Of a stretch of 64,000 bases of DNA, positions 48,060 to 60,474 are shown in pieces. The position numbers and the translations under genes were made by a program. The stretch is from Mobula birostris. Lineage: Eukaryota. Position 1 is the stretch's first letter; each line of letters starts with the position of its first letter. The DNA is taken from assembly GCF_030028105.1 (NCBI RefSeq), contig NC_092376.1, positions 50,888,935 through 50,952,934 on the forward strand, given 5' to 3'. Under the pieces are notes generated by a model. It searched no databases, was not told the DNA's origin, and worked only from the letters and a program-made list of their open reading frames with translations.

Positions 48060-51000
48060 TGTAACCCTCAGTTCAGCTATTGGCTTAATCTAGAGAATGA
48101 TAGCCCCGGCCTGGCCAAACTTAAGAAATCTCATTTGGGTGGATGCTGTGCAATGTGTGCCCTGTTACAAATCAGTACCACAAAATAACAAACAGCACAT
48201 GATATGCGATTGAATGATTGAGGTTTATAATTCTTAATTTGACTATATGTTTAGTAAATGTCCTGGGTATGACTCTAAACTGCAACTGGTGATGAGGCTC
48301 TGACTGGGGACTTTCAGAGCTTTGGGGAAAGTGGAGTTACCCCTTAGTCATCCATTGCTCCCAGGGCCGCTCTGACCCGGAACGGTAGCATCTGCAAGGG
48401 TTCCTGCTCAGGTTATGAGCGAAGGCCAACAGCAGATCCGGCAGGTTCAGTAACTGAACTTATGATGGAGAAGGCGGATGAGCTACGACCTCAAATGACA
48501 ACGGCTATAGTACAGGTGGATGAACATTTGGGAAGAGAAATGGTGATTTCTTCAGTTCGCCCAATGGAAGGCAATAGCAAATCACCGTTGTTAGATACTA
48601 GGTTTCCTAGAATCTATTTGCTAAGAAAACCATGGTCAAACTCACAAAATGCATCACACAACAACAGCGTCAAGAGGATCTTCAAGACAATTCTGAAGAC
48701 GCTTCGCTCAGTAGGATTGATTCTGGGCAGCAGGGGATCCCCGACCATCATCAAGCTGCGGCTCATAAAATTCAAGTAACACAAAAGAAAATTATTGCCT
48801 CTTGGAATGCAAGAACCCTATATCAAGCAGGAAGATTGGACAATGTGATAATTGAAATGGAAAGACTAAAAATTAACATCATGGGAATTAGCCAAGTTTG
48901 TTAGACGGGTGCTGGTTCATGTCAGAATAGGAATAAAACACTAATTTATTCTTGTGGAACATCCCATACTAATGGAGTAGGAATTCTTAAGGATGAAAAC
49001 ATGGCAAGAAGTGTTTTAGGACATTGGGCAATATCAGAGAGAGTGCTCCTTGTTAGATTCAGAGGACAACCATTTGATTTAGCAATTATACAGGTGTATG
49101 CACCAAAAACGGATGGAACAAATGAGGATATAGATAAATTCTATGAAGAGCTTGAACAAGCAAAGAATAGATGCAAATCTCAAGATATTGTTATTGTCAT
49201 GGGAGATCTAAATGCTAAAGTAGGACAAGGTGCTAATGGAAATATAGGAAAATTTAGACTCGGGGAAAGAAATGAGCGAGGTGAGAAATGGGTAGAATGG
49301 TGCAACATGAATAATCAGGTCATTATGAATACCTACTTTAAAAACCATCCAAGACACTTGTGGACCTGGAAAAGTCCGGGTGATAACACTAGAAATCAAA
49401 TTGACTTTATTACCATAAACCAAAGATTTAGAAACTCAGTGACTCAATGCAAAACATATCCAGGTGCAGACTGTAATAGTGACCATAACCCAGTAGTATA
49501 ATGTTATGTAAAAGTAAAACTTAAAAAACTAAAGAAGCAAAAACCTGAACAATCCTTTGACTACTCGCAATTAATAAAGAAGAAAACTTAAGACAAAAAT
49601 TTACAATTGAAGTAAGGAATAGATTTCAAAGTCTAGAAATAGAATCTGTTGAAGATGATAGCAATCATGTAGAAGTGAAGTTTAACTCTCTGAAGGATAC
49701 CTTGGTAGAATCAGCAAAGTCAGTGATTCCTAAGAAAGAAAAAAAGCACAAAGAATAAATGGATGACAGATGAAATCAAAACTCTAATGGAAGAAAGGAG
49801 ACTGATGAAAGCAAATCCTATAGAATATAAGTGCTTAGATAAAAAAGTTAAAAGTTTATGTCAAAAAGCCAAAGAAGAATGGTTAAACCAGGAATGTGAG
49901 CAACTAGAAAGAATCCCTATTACTGATCTAAAAAGGATACATCAACAAATCAAGAATATCACTGGTAAAATGCTCCTCTGTTCTTCAGGTGGATGTTTGA
50001 AAGCAAAGGATGGTACCATTATCATGGAAATGAACAGATGGACTAAGTATATTTAGGAATTGTTTAAAGACGATCGAGGCGAAAAACCAAAAATTAAGAA
50101 GAACATTGAAGGTCCAAGTATTTTAAAATCTGAAGTTCATAATGCAATAAATAAGAGGGGAAAGACAGCAGGTCCTGATGAATTAGTAATAGAACAAATT
50201 ATCGCCCTTGAAGATTATGGAATTGAAAAACTTACTGATTTAATCAATGACATTTATGAGACTGGAATAATACCAGAAGAGATGAAAAATCAGTATTTAT
50301 CACTCTTTCTAAGAAAGCTGGAGCAATAGAATGTGAATTACATAGGACCATAAGTTTAATGAGTCATAGCACTAAAATACTTCTAAGAATTTTGATGACA
50401 AGAGCCAAAAGTAAGATACAAGCTGAAATAGGCAAAGAACAACGTGGTTTTGTGAAAGACAAAGGTACAAGAAATGTGATATTGGTGTTAAGGATACTAT
50501 CAGAATGAGCTATTCAAGTGCAAAAAGATTTGTTTGTTTTATCGACTACACAAGAGAATTTGATAAAGTGAAGCACAATAAGTTATTTGAAATATTACAG
50601 GAAACTTGAGATCTAGATTCGAAAGACCTCCGCCTAATCAGATACCTGTACTGGGAACAAACTGCTGCTGTAAGAATAGATGGAGAAGTGAGTCAGTTTA
50701 CAAAAATCAAGAGAGGCGTTAGACAAGCGTGTGTTTTCTCCCCTGATTTGTTTAATGTGTACAGTGAAACAATATTACAAAAAATAAGAGACATCTTGGG
50801 AATCAAAGTTGGCGGTGGAAACATCAATAATTTCAGTTATGCAGATGACACTGTGTTAATTGCATGTACAGAGGAAGAACTACAAAACTTAATTGAAATA
50901 GTTGTTGAAGAAATTGCAAAAATGGGTCTATCTATCAATTGCAAAAAGACAGAATGTATGGTGATATCCAGAAAGAAGGAGAATCCTATATGCAGGCTGA

Positions 51001-52026
51001 GAAGAAACGGGGAAGACATAAAACAAGTACAGAACTTTTGCTACTTAGGAAGCTGGGTGACATCAGATGGCAGGTGCGACATGGACGTCAAAAGAAGAAT
51101 AGGGATGGCAAAAGACACCTTTATGAGAATGAAGAGTATAATGATGAACACTAAGCTAGGCATGACAACCCGCCTCAGAGTACTGAAATGTTACGTTTAT
51201 CCAGTTATGTTATATGGATCAGAATGTTGGACAATATCTAGTAACATGAGGAAACGAATTGAAGCAGCAGAGATGTGGTTTTTGAGGAGGATGCAAAGAA
51301 TATCATGAACGAAACAAATATCTAACAAGGATGTCATGAACAGAGCAAGCACAAAAAGAGAAGTAATGTATGAGATCATGAAAAGGCAACGTAACTTCAT
51401 TGGACATGTAATTAGGAAAGAGGAGTTAGAATGCACGGTAATTATGAGAAAGATTGAAGAGAAGAAAGCAAGAGGAAGGCAAAGACAAATGATGATGGAG
51501 ACACCCAGCAGCCAGAGAACTGGAAATGAATACCAATGAATTGATCCACTTGACCTGAAACAGGAGTGTGTGGGCCATGGCAGTCAAAGCTCAAACTGGG
51601 CACGGCACCTGATGATCATGATGATGATGTTAGTAAAGAAACAAAAAACAGAAAAGGGCCCATTCTCATGAAACAGTCTAATGCGCAATGTTGGAGCACA
51701 CAGTGTCGTCCATTTGTTCCCATCATCCTCCTCTGAGTGTAGCCGACCCTCAGACCCTCGGACCCTCGCTCCTCAGTACTCTCCGTCCGGCAGTTTACCG
51801 ACTCTCTCCATTCGTGTCCTCTCTCTTTATCACTCCACGACAAAAGTCTGCAAAATCCCTGCTCCCATACACACAGGAGAGAACAGCATCCCACTCATTG
51901 GCTAACATGCCCCCGTTATCTCCAGTCATAACCCAAACATTACTGCTACAGAGAAACCATTACCTTAGCAGTGAAACGTTACAGAGAGGCCATTACATTA
52001 GCAGTGAAACCTTATAGCGTGTTACA
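48060..52026. mobile_element. Solo LTR (about 600 bp; 48060-48258 plus 51630-52026) split by an RTE insertion
   Basis: Termini TGTAAC...GTTACA. A 4-bp TSD TGTA is at 48056-48059 and 52027-52030. An internal tandem duplication of about 33 bp lies at 51948-52015. Confidence 0.82.
48259..51629 (+). mobile_element. Near full-length RTE-clade (BovB-like) LINE with a single APE-RT ORF, frameshifts and stops
   Basis: ASWNARTL, RGQPFDLAIIQVYAP, MGDLNAKVG, NQIDFI, SDHNPV, GVRQAC..SPDLFN, SYADD, FCYLGS and LYGSECW. The tail is (GAT)n at 51611-51629. TSD TTAGTAAA is at 48251-48258 and 51630-51637. Confidence 0.95.
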
Positions 52027-52748
52027 TGTATACAACTGGTCAATTTCTGTATAAAAATTGAATTTCTTTGTTCAAACTTCTGAGCAGTGTGTTCTCCTTG
52101 TGAACAGGTAAATAAAGTGTGATTGAGGAATGGGTGCAGTAGTCAGAGTCCAGTTAATCATAGATGACCAGGAGCCTGTGAGATGATTGGAAAGATGTGC
52201 TCAATAATACCAAAGGTTGAAACAAGTTGATTAGAGGGAATCTATTCGCACTGGGGAAAGGGTCACTATCTAAGCTGAGTAGAAAGATATCAGTTGTGAC
52301 ATAAAGAAAAACACTTTCGCGCACAAGTATTCATGATCTAGAGCTTGCTGCCTGAATAAGTGGTAGAAATATAGTCTATCTCTGCTTACAAAGGGGAATT
52401 GAATAGTTGACAAGGAGGGAAAACATTGGGCTACTGGGAAGGATCAGGGTCGTGGACTGTCTGGATTATTTCGAAACAGTCTGGATGGGCTGAATGGCAT
52501 CTTTTCGAGCTGAAATTAATTTATGACACTGAGCAGAATTGTTTAAAACAGGTGCTGGAGGAAACAGCAGAACTGATTTTTAGTACAATATATAATCCGA
52601 TGGCATGGCACACTTATAATTCAATCATGAACTTCAGAGTGGGAGATCAGTCTTGGTTCGATGAGCTGTGCAGATGAGTTTGCCAGAGAGGCACCGAAAA
52701 AAAAACAGCATAATGACTCATTGCCATTTCCCACTTGAATTTCTGCAG

Positions 52749-52892
52749 GTTGAGACAATAGGTGATGCATATTGTGTTGCTGGAGGATTACACAGAAAGA
52801 GCAGAAACCACGCCAAACTCATTGCCCTGATGGCACTAAAAATGATGGAGCTGTCTGAGGAAGTACAGACACCAAACGGAAAGCACATCCAG
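52749..52892 (+). CDS. GUCY1A2: Soluble guanylate cyclase alpha-2 subunit, next coding exon (catalytic domain)
   Basis: Acceptor tttctgcAG|GTT and donor CAG|GTGAGT. The 144 nt give 48 codons: [48 protein letters not shown]. It joins in frame to the previous exon (VYK|VETIGDAY). The second metal-binding Asp codon is at 52764. Confidence 0.96.
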
Positions 52893-53171
52893 GTGAGTAA
52901 TGGTTCTGGAGGCATAAATAATCCCAACACTCCTTGAGACGAGCTGTTGTTTCTTCTAACAGTCAGTAGTTCACATATTTATTTAAGCACTGCTATAAAT
53001 AACAGCCCAATCTATATGGATGGTACAAATATGTTTTATGTTTCTGGTTGTTCAGAAGCATTTATAGTTGATTGTATTTTTATTATTTTTTAAAAGTTAT
53101 GATTATTTTTAAGGTTTTAGTTCAGGACTTTTAACATGTGAAATTTTGTGTCAGCCAGCAAAGCTGGGGAT

Positions 53172-54580
53172 AAGGCTCAAAATCAGTGTCATGTTTAATA
53201 TCATTTGCATATTTCATGAAATGTGTTGTTTCTTTGCTGCAGCAGTACATTGCAATGCATAATTATAAGAGCTATAAATTAGAATAAGAAATAAATATAA
53301 CAAATTAAATAAGTGGTGCAAAAGGAGAACAAAACAAAGGAAAAACAAACATAAGGAAGTAGTGTACGTGAGTTCATCGTCCATTCGGAAATCTGATGGC
53401 AGAGGGGAAGAAGCTGTTCCTGAAATGTTCAGTGTGTGTCTTCAGGCTCCCCTACCTGCTCTTTGATGGTAACAATGAGAGGAGGGCATGCCCTGGGTAA
53501 CGATAGATGCCTCCTTTTTGAGGTATTGCCTTTTGAAGGTGGCCTCAGTGTCGGGGAGCTTAGTGTTCATGATGGAGCTGGCGTAGTTTATGAATTTTTG
53601 CAGCTTTTCCTGATCCTGTGCAGTGGTCCCTCTGTACCAGATAGTGATGCAACTAGTTAGAATGCTCTCCATGGTACATCTGTAGAAATTTGGGAGAGTC
53701 TCTGATGACATACCAAATCTCCTGAAACTCCTAATGAAATATAGCCACTGCCGTGTCTTCACTGTAATTGTATCAATATGCTGGACCCTGGACAGATCTT
53801 CAGAGATGTTGACACACAGGAACTTGAAACTGCTCAAGCATTCCACTGCTGATCCCTCGATGAGGACGTGTTTCCTTTGACTTCACCGTCCTGAATTCCC
53901 CAATCAATTCCTTGGTCTCACCTGCCACGGGGATTTGCACAGATGTAGTTTTATTCTCCATTTCAAAGCGTGCATAAAAGGCGTTGAGCTCATCTGGGAG
54001 TGAAGCATCACGACCATTCATGATGTTAGGCTTCGTCTTGTAGGAAGTAATGGCCTGCAAACCCTGCCAGAGCTGACGGACATTCAATTTAGTCTCTAAC
54101 TTCAATTGGAGTTGTTTTTGCCGCTCTTAAAATAGCCTTCCAAGGGTTATACCTGGGCTTCTTGTATAATTCTGGATCAATGGTCTTGAATGCCACTGAA
54201 CTAACCTCAGCAGACTGCAAATTTCCTAGTACATCCACTGTGTTTGATTTGGCTATGTCCAGTATGTTCTCGAAGGCACACACTCATCCACACAAGTCTT
54301 GATGAAGTTGGTGACAACTGTGGCGTATTCATTTAGATTCGAAGATGAACCCCTGAATATTGTCCAGCCCACTGACTCAAAGCTGTCCACTGAGTGCTCC
54401 TCCGCCTCCCTTGACCATACTTCCTTGGTCCTCACCACTGGTGCTGTCGTCTTTAGTTTCTGCCTGAATGCCAGGAATAGAAGTGCAGCCAGGTGATCAG
54501 ACTTTCCAGTGCGGGCATGGGACGGTGGGGTAAGTGCTCTTGATGGTGCTATAATAGTGGTCAAGTGTGGTGGCTTCTCT
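53172..54580 (-). mobile_element. Rex1/Babar-like element with a large internal deletion of RT
   Basis: GKSDHLA...VWSREAEE, then [14 protein letters not shown]...[16 protein letters not shown] joined directly to ETKELI, and [16 protein letters not shown]...LYFIRSFRRFGMS. Confidence 0.88.
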
Positions 54581-55094
54581 GGTTTTACTGTTTATCAGGG
54601 AGTTTCGGGTACAGGTCTTGACCATTGTATCATTGGAGGCCTACTGTCTGATGATGTCAACGTGGGCTTCTGGAGCACTTTGAGTCAGTACGTTAGCTCC
54701 TCCACATCCAGATTAGGTATGTTTGTGTTTAGGGGCATATGTGGGCAGTAATATCAGGCAGTTGGGCCCATGCCAACAACATCTGGGCTGATATAATTTA
54801 CAAACAACGGTTATTATTTCTCTGTGCATTATACAAGTACAAAACTTCAGAGAGAATCAGAATAAGGTTTATTATCAGTGATTATATGATGTAAAATTTG
54901 TTGTTTTGCAGCGGCAGCACAGTGAAAAGAAGTTAAAATTGCTATAAATTTAAAAAATAAATAGTGCGAAAAGGTGAATAACAAGGTAGTGTTCAAAGTG
55001 ACAAAAGCAACTGGGATTAAAATGAGATGTATATTCTCAATCGTTCTTTATTCGCTAAGTGTAGTTCTAGGAATGTATTCAATGGATTTTTGAG

Positions 55095-55660
55095 AAAATG
55101 AATCTTGAGGCCCTCTGTTGGTCAGACTTGACCATGTTTGCTGCATCCTGGCTGTCTGCACGATACAAGCCATGGCAGTACGATACGAGAGCAAGCTGTT
55201 GCCCATGTAGCATGCTCCTCCTCTCCGTGCAACCAATAAATCCAAGTACGATACAGTGTGGCACCAGCTGTGTCACAGGAGTTACTAGTCAGCGTTGAAC
55301 TTAACGTAGGGACCCCAGCTTTGGATTTTCCTCAGGGTTTATTCCCAAGGCCTTCCCCATGAATGGGAATAGCAGCAAGGCAGCAGAAGTTTGAGATCAG
55401 AGTTTTCCTTCTCCTAGATGAGTTGCCAACTATGGATGACGAGCCCCATCTGCCCAAAGAGACCGATTTTCAGGCTGTCTTTGCTGCTTCTCCTGTTGCA
55501 GAAACGGTTCTGACGGGATTAGTAACTAAGCCACGTGTAAAGGCCAGGAGCTGGGCTTGGTTGTCAGAGGCTGTTTAAGACACACACCATTGGGAGAATT
55601 TAATAGGTGGTCGGGACTTGTCCACACTATCACCCCGCAACTATAACAACCTTAAGGAAC
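55095..55660 (-). mobile_element. RTE-5'UTR-derived SINE or non-autonomous element
   Basis: The minus strand reads gggcagatggggctcgtc...ggcaactcatctaggagaaggaaaactctgatctcaaac...ctgccttg, a block I recognise from RTE 5' regions. There is no ORF. Confidence 0.6.
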
Positions 55661-56158
55661 CAGAAAAAATGAATACCTAATAAATTACAATTGACATAAG
55701 AACAGGTTACCCTTGGATCCAAATTCGGTTGAAAAGAGATGAATTCCAGGGATGAGGTGAGAGGAATTGCTCTTGACATCAAAAAAACTTTGGTAAAGCT
55801 AAAATCAGAGGGCATCCAATAGAAGCACTCTAATAGTTAGAGCCATTTTTTAAAGGCAGTGTCCTGGGCTAGTATCATCCTCAACTGCTTCATCAATGAC
55901 CTACCATGTATGATGTCACTAACAAAGCTATTGCTGGTCAGTTTCATTTCCACAGCTCCTCAGCAACTGAGCCCATAAATAGCAAGACCTCAGCAACATT
56001 CAGATAGGAGGTGATAAGTAACATTTATGCCACAGAAACATCTGCCATTGACCGTCTCCAAGAATAGGATAGCTGTTGTGGAGTAAAAGGATCACTCACA
56101 GTCTAATCTGTCATCCCATTTCTTTATTTTGATTTCTGTCAACTAAAGTTCTTGATTG

Positions 56159-56792
56159 ACCCGACGCAGACTGGGAGACCGCTTTGCTGAACACCTACGC
56201 TCTATCCGCCAGAGAAAGCAGGATCTCCCAGTGGCCACGCATTTTAATTCCACATCCCATTCCCATTCTGACATGTCTATCCATGGCCTCCTCTACTGTA
56301 AAGATGAAGCCACACTCAGGTTGGAGGAACAACACTTTATATTCCGTCTGGGTAGCCTCCAACCTGATGGCATGAACATCAACTTCTCTAACTTCCGCTA
56401 GTGCCCCACCTCCCCCTCGTACCCCATCTGTTATTTATTTTTATACACACATTCTTTCTCTCACTCTCCTTTTTCTCCCTCTGTCCCTCTGAATATACCC
56501 CTTGCCCATCCTCTGGGTTCCCCCCCCCTTGTCTTTCTCTCCAGACCTCCTGTCCCATGATCCTCTCATATCCCCTTTGCCAATCACCTGTCCAGCTCTT
56601 GGCTCCATCCCTCCCCCTCCTGTCTTCTCCTATCATTTTGTATCTCCCCCTCCCCCTCCCACTTTCAAATCTCTTACTAGCTCTTCCTTCAGTTAGTCCT
56701 GACGAAGGGTCTCGGCCTGAAACGTCGACTGTACCTGTTCCTAGAGATGCTGCCTGGCCTGCTGCGTTCACCAGCAACTTTGATGTGTGTTG
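56159..56792 (+). mobile_element. Penelope-like element, 5'-truncated (GIY-YIG endonuclease C-terminus, pyrimidine-rich 3' region, terminal repeat)
   Basis: TRRRLGDRFAEHLRSI...PVATHFN...LRLEEQHFIFRLGSLQPDGMNI (stop at 56401). CTTGATTG is duplicated at 56151-56158 and 56793-56800. Confidence 0.92.
56695..56730 (+). ncRNA. Minimal type I hammerhead ribozyme motif in the Penelope terminal repeat
   Basis: AGUC-CUGACGA-AGGGUCUCGGCCU-GAAA-C-GUC^-GACU, with predicted cleavage after 56726. Confidence 0.8.
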
Positions 56793-57399
56793 CTTGATTG
56801 TTTCTTCACTTACCTATTCACTTTATAGGTGCAGACCATACACTCTCTCTAATACATTTTCATACATGCAGAGAAATAAGGAATTATAATGGAACTATGA
56901 ATATAATTTTACTGAAGAAGTAGTTTATGACAAGAGGGTGCATGATCAGTCATTACAGATGTCATCCATCTGCCCCTGCCTCTGGTCCAGGTCTAGTGGT
57001 CCATTGACTAAAACATCCTGTTAACTTCTTCAAGGGCATTGTATCCTAGGAACAGGTCAATTATCTTCAAATTTAGCTATTCTAGAGCATGGCAATTATG
57101 CTATTGTCCCACGCTGCAGACTTGACATTCAATGAAATTACTCCCTGTCAAAATCTCAGGGTCACCATCAAAACTGAAATGAACCTCACACAGATTACAA
57201 TAGCATGCCCACCTGCTGACACCCCAAGGCTTACCCTTTTCCAGAACGCATGATAGAATACAATCACTTGCCTGGCGGATTGCATCCTTAACAATTTTTG
57301 AAAATGCTGACTCAACCCAGGACAAAACAAGCTGTTTAATTGGCACCTCATCAGTCATGCTAAACATTCATTCCTTCCACAATTTGTGCAATGCTGTTG

Positions 57400-57680
57400 T
57401 TGTGTGTACTATCAATGAAACAGACAGCAGTTAGTTAGGCTGCTTGGACAGCACTTTCCAAATCTGTAAACTCTATCACAAAGGAGGACAAAGGCTGAAA
57501 GTATTTGGAAACAACCAGGAGCTCCCTTCCTATCAGCACTATGGGAGTGCATTCACTGGGAGGACTGCTGCACTTTAAGATTGTGTCTAACCATTACCTT
57601 CCCAAGGATATTTAAGGATAGGCAATAAATGATGGTCTTGCATGCGTTGTTTAAATCCCTACTAAAAATATTTTAAAAAT
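57400..57680 (+). mobile_element. Ancient CR1/L2-group LINE 3' end (related pieces at about 55850-56075 and 57090-57400)
   Basis: ggacagcactttccaaatc...ggactgctgcactttaag...ccattaccttcccaagg...aggataggcaataaatg. Confidence 0.5.
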
Positions 57681-58856
57681 AAAATCAAATAATGTCATTT
57701 CCAAAACCTTGAAGTAATTAATATCTGCATGAAATCTAATAATTGTGGATTTTTAAGAAATATTTCCTATGGTTGCTATGCTAATGTTAAAGGTCATGAT
57801 CTTTCAGAGTCCTACAAAGATTGAATACGGCACAAGGGATATCTATTGTTATTAATTTCACTTTCACAGCAACAAAAGACGATAAATGCTTCAATGGAAT
57901 GGGTTGTTGTTTGCCCCATTGTGTGAGTTAAAAAAAAATCCAGGGAACTTTTACAAAGCTTGTGAGTCACCTTTATATTGAGCTTACTTTATTCAGGAGA
58001 TTTCACATTTCCATCAACTTTGAAGGAATGACAGAATTAAAAAAAAATCTAAAAATGCTTCAAAGCTGAAGTGAAAGGGTGCTATATGGATTGAAAAGGA
58101 AAGGTTTCTTTTTAAACAGCATTTGGAGAAAAACTAATAAGGTCAATTTGGAGAAAATGTTTGAAGGTTACAATGGGGCTACTGGCACCCCGATGGCTTC
58201 ACTCAGAAAACAAGCGATATTGGGTATGTTAGTAGTAGAAACCTAAATATCAGATAAACTTCAGATTATCTTGAATCAGATGATGATAGATAACAGTTGC
58301 ACTTGTTTAAGGTAAGTGAGTTACTTAGGAGAACATAGCAATGTCAAGGAAAGACCAGGAGAAAACGACTTAAAGTGGAAAAACATCACTAGGGATGCAA
58401 GTGCCCTGGATGGCAAGGATGCGAATAGATCAAAGAAACCAGTGAAAGATTCTGACCCTGGTTGCAGGAGGGATGGACTGTTTGGGATCAGGGGCTAGCA
58501 TTTTCCTGAGAAGTCAGTGCAAGAAACAGGTCACTGCTGCCTAGATTGCTCACATGATTGTCACTGTATGTTTTATAGAAATAAGAAAACTCAATACATC
58601 TACCAGCTTAATAAAGGTAGGGGCTCCCTTGGGTAGCAATTTGTAACTTAGGCATTGAGAGACAATCCAGTGGACAAATATGAATTCAGTATTTCCTTCA
58701 GTAAATGATCAAATGTCCAGTGTCAGAGGCAACTTCAATAATTACTTTCAACAACTGAGACTTCTATTGAACTTTACCATACTGCAGCTATCAGAGCAAG
58801 GAAGTGCATGAATTTGAGAAAAGGATCTTGGCAATTGTAGAGATGATTTACAGCAG

Positions 58857-60474
58857 ACTGAAAAGCTTGAGCATGTAGATATCAAGAAAGAGGATGTGCT
58901 GGAGCTTTTGGAAAGCATCAAGTTGGATAAGTCATCGGGACTGGACGAGATGTACCCCAGGCTACTGTGGGAGGTGAAGGAGGAGATTGCTGAGCCTCTG
59001 GCGATGATCTTTGCATCATCAATGAGGACAGGAGAGGTTCCGTAGGATTGTAGGGTTGTGGATTTGTTCCATTATTCAAGAAAGAGAACACAGATAGCTC
59101 AGGAAATTATAGATCAATGAGTCTTACTTCAGTGGTTGGTAAGTTGATGGAGAAGATCCTGAGAGGCAGGATTTATAAAGATTTGGAGAGGCATAATATG
59201 ATTGGAATAGTCAGCATGGCTTTGTGAAAGGCAGGTCATGCCTTACGAGCCTAATTGAATTTCTTGAGGATGTGACTAAACACATTGATGAAGGTAGAGC
59301 AGTAGATGTAGTGTATATGGATTTCAGCAAGGCATTTGACAAGGTATCCCGTGCAAGGCTTATTGAGAAAGTAAGGAGGCATGGGATCCAAGGGGATATT
59401 GCTTTGTGGATCCAGAACTGACTTGCCCACAGAAGGCAAAGAGTGGTTGTAGATGGGTCATATTCTGCATGGAGTTCGGTCACCAGTGGCGTGCCTCAGG
59501 GATCTGTTCTGGGATCCTTACTCTTCGTGAATTTTATAAATGCCCTGGATGAGGAAGTGGAGGGATGGATTAGTAAAATTGCTGATGACACAAAGGTTGG
59601 AGGTGTTGTGGACAGTGTGGAGGGCTGTCAGAGGTTACAGCGGGACATTGATAGGATGCAAAACTGGGCTGAGAAGTGGCAGATGGAGTTCAACCCAGAT
59701 AAGTGTGAGGTGGTTCATTTTGGCAGGTCAAATCTAATGGCAGAATATAGTATTAATGGTAAGACCCTTGGCAGTGTGGAGGATCAGAGGGATCTTCTGG
59801 TCCGAGTCCATAGGACACTCAAAGCTACTGCGCAGGTTGACTCTGTGGTTAAGAAGGCATACGGTGCATTGGCTTTCATCAATCATGGGATTGAGTTTAG
59901 GAGCCGAGAGGTAATGTTGAAGCTATATAGGACCCTGGTCAGATCTCACTTGGGAGTACTGTGCTCAGTTTTGGTCGCCTCACTATAGGAAGGATGTGGA
60001 AACCATAGAAAGGGTGCAGAGGAGATTTACAAGGATGTTGCCTGGATTGGGAAGCATGCCTTCTGAGAATAGGTTGATTGAACTCGGCCTTTTCTCCTTG
60101 CAGCGACGGAGGATGAGAGGTGACCTGACAGAGGTGTATAAGATGATGAGAGGCATTGATCGTGTGGATAGTCAGAGGCTTTTTCCCAGGGCTGAAATGG
60201 CTAGCACGAGAGGGCATATTTTTAAGGTGCTTGGAAGCAGGTACAGAGGAGATGTCAGGGGTAAGTTTTTTACACAGAGAGTGATGAGTGCGTGGAATAG
60301 GCTGCTGGCGACGGGATCGATAGGGTCTTTTAAGAGACTCCTGGACAGGTACATAGAGTTCAGAAAAATAGAGGGTTATGGGTGACCCTAGGTAATTTTT
60401 AAGGTAAGGACATATTTGACACAGCTTTGTGGGCCGATGGGCCTGTATTGTGCTGTAGGTTTTCTATGTTTCTA
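58857..60474 (+). mobile_element. Young CR1 LINE, 5'-truncated (RT and 3' UTR)
   Basis: GLDEMYPRLL, KGRSCLTSLIEF, SGVPQGSVLG, IADDTKVGG and RRRMRGDLTEVYK. Tail tttctatgtttcta. Confidence 0.95.
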
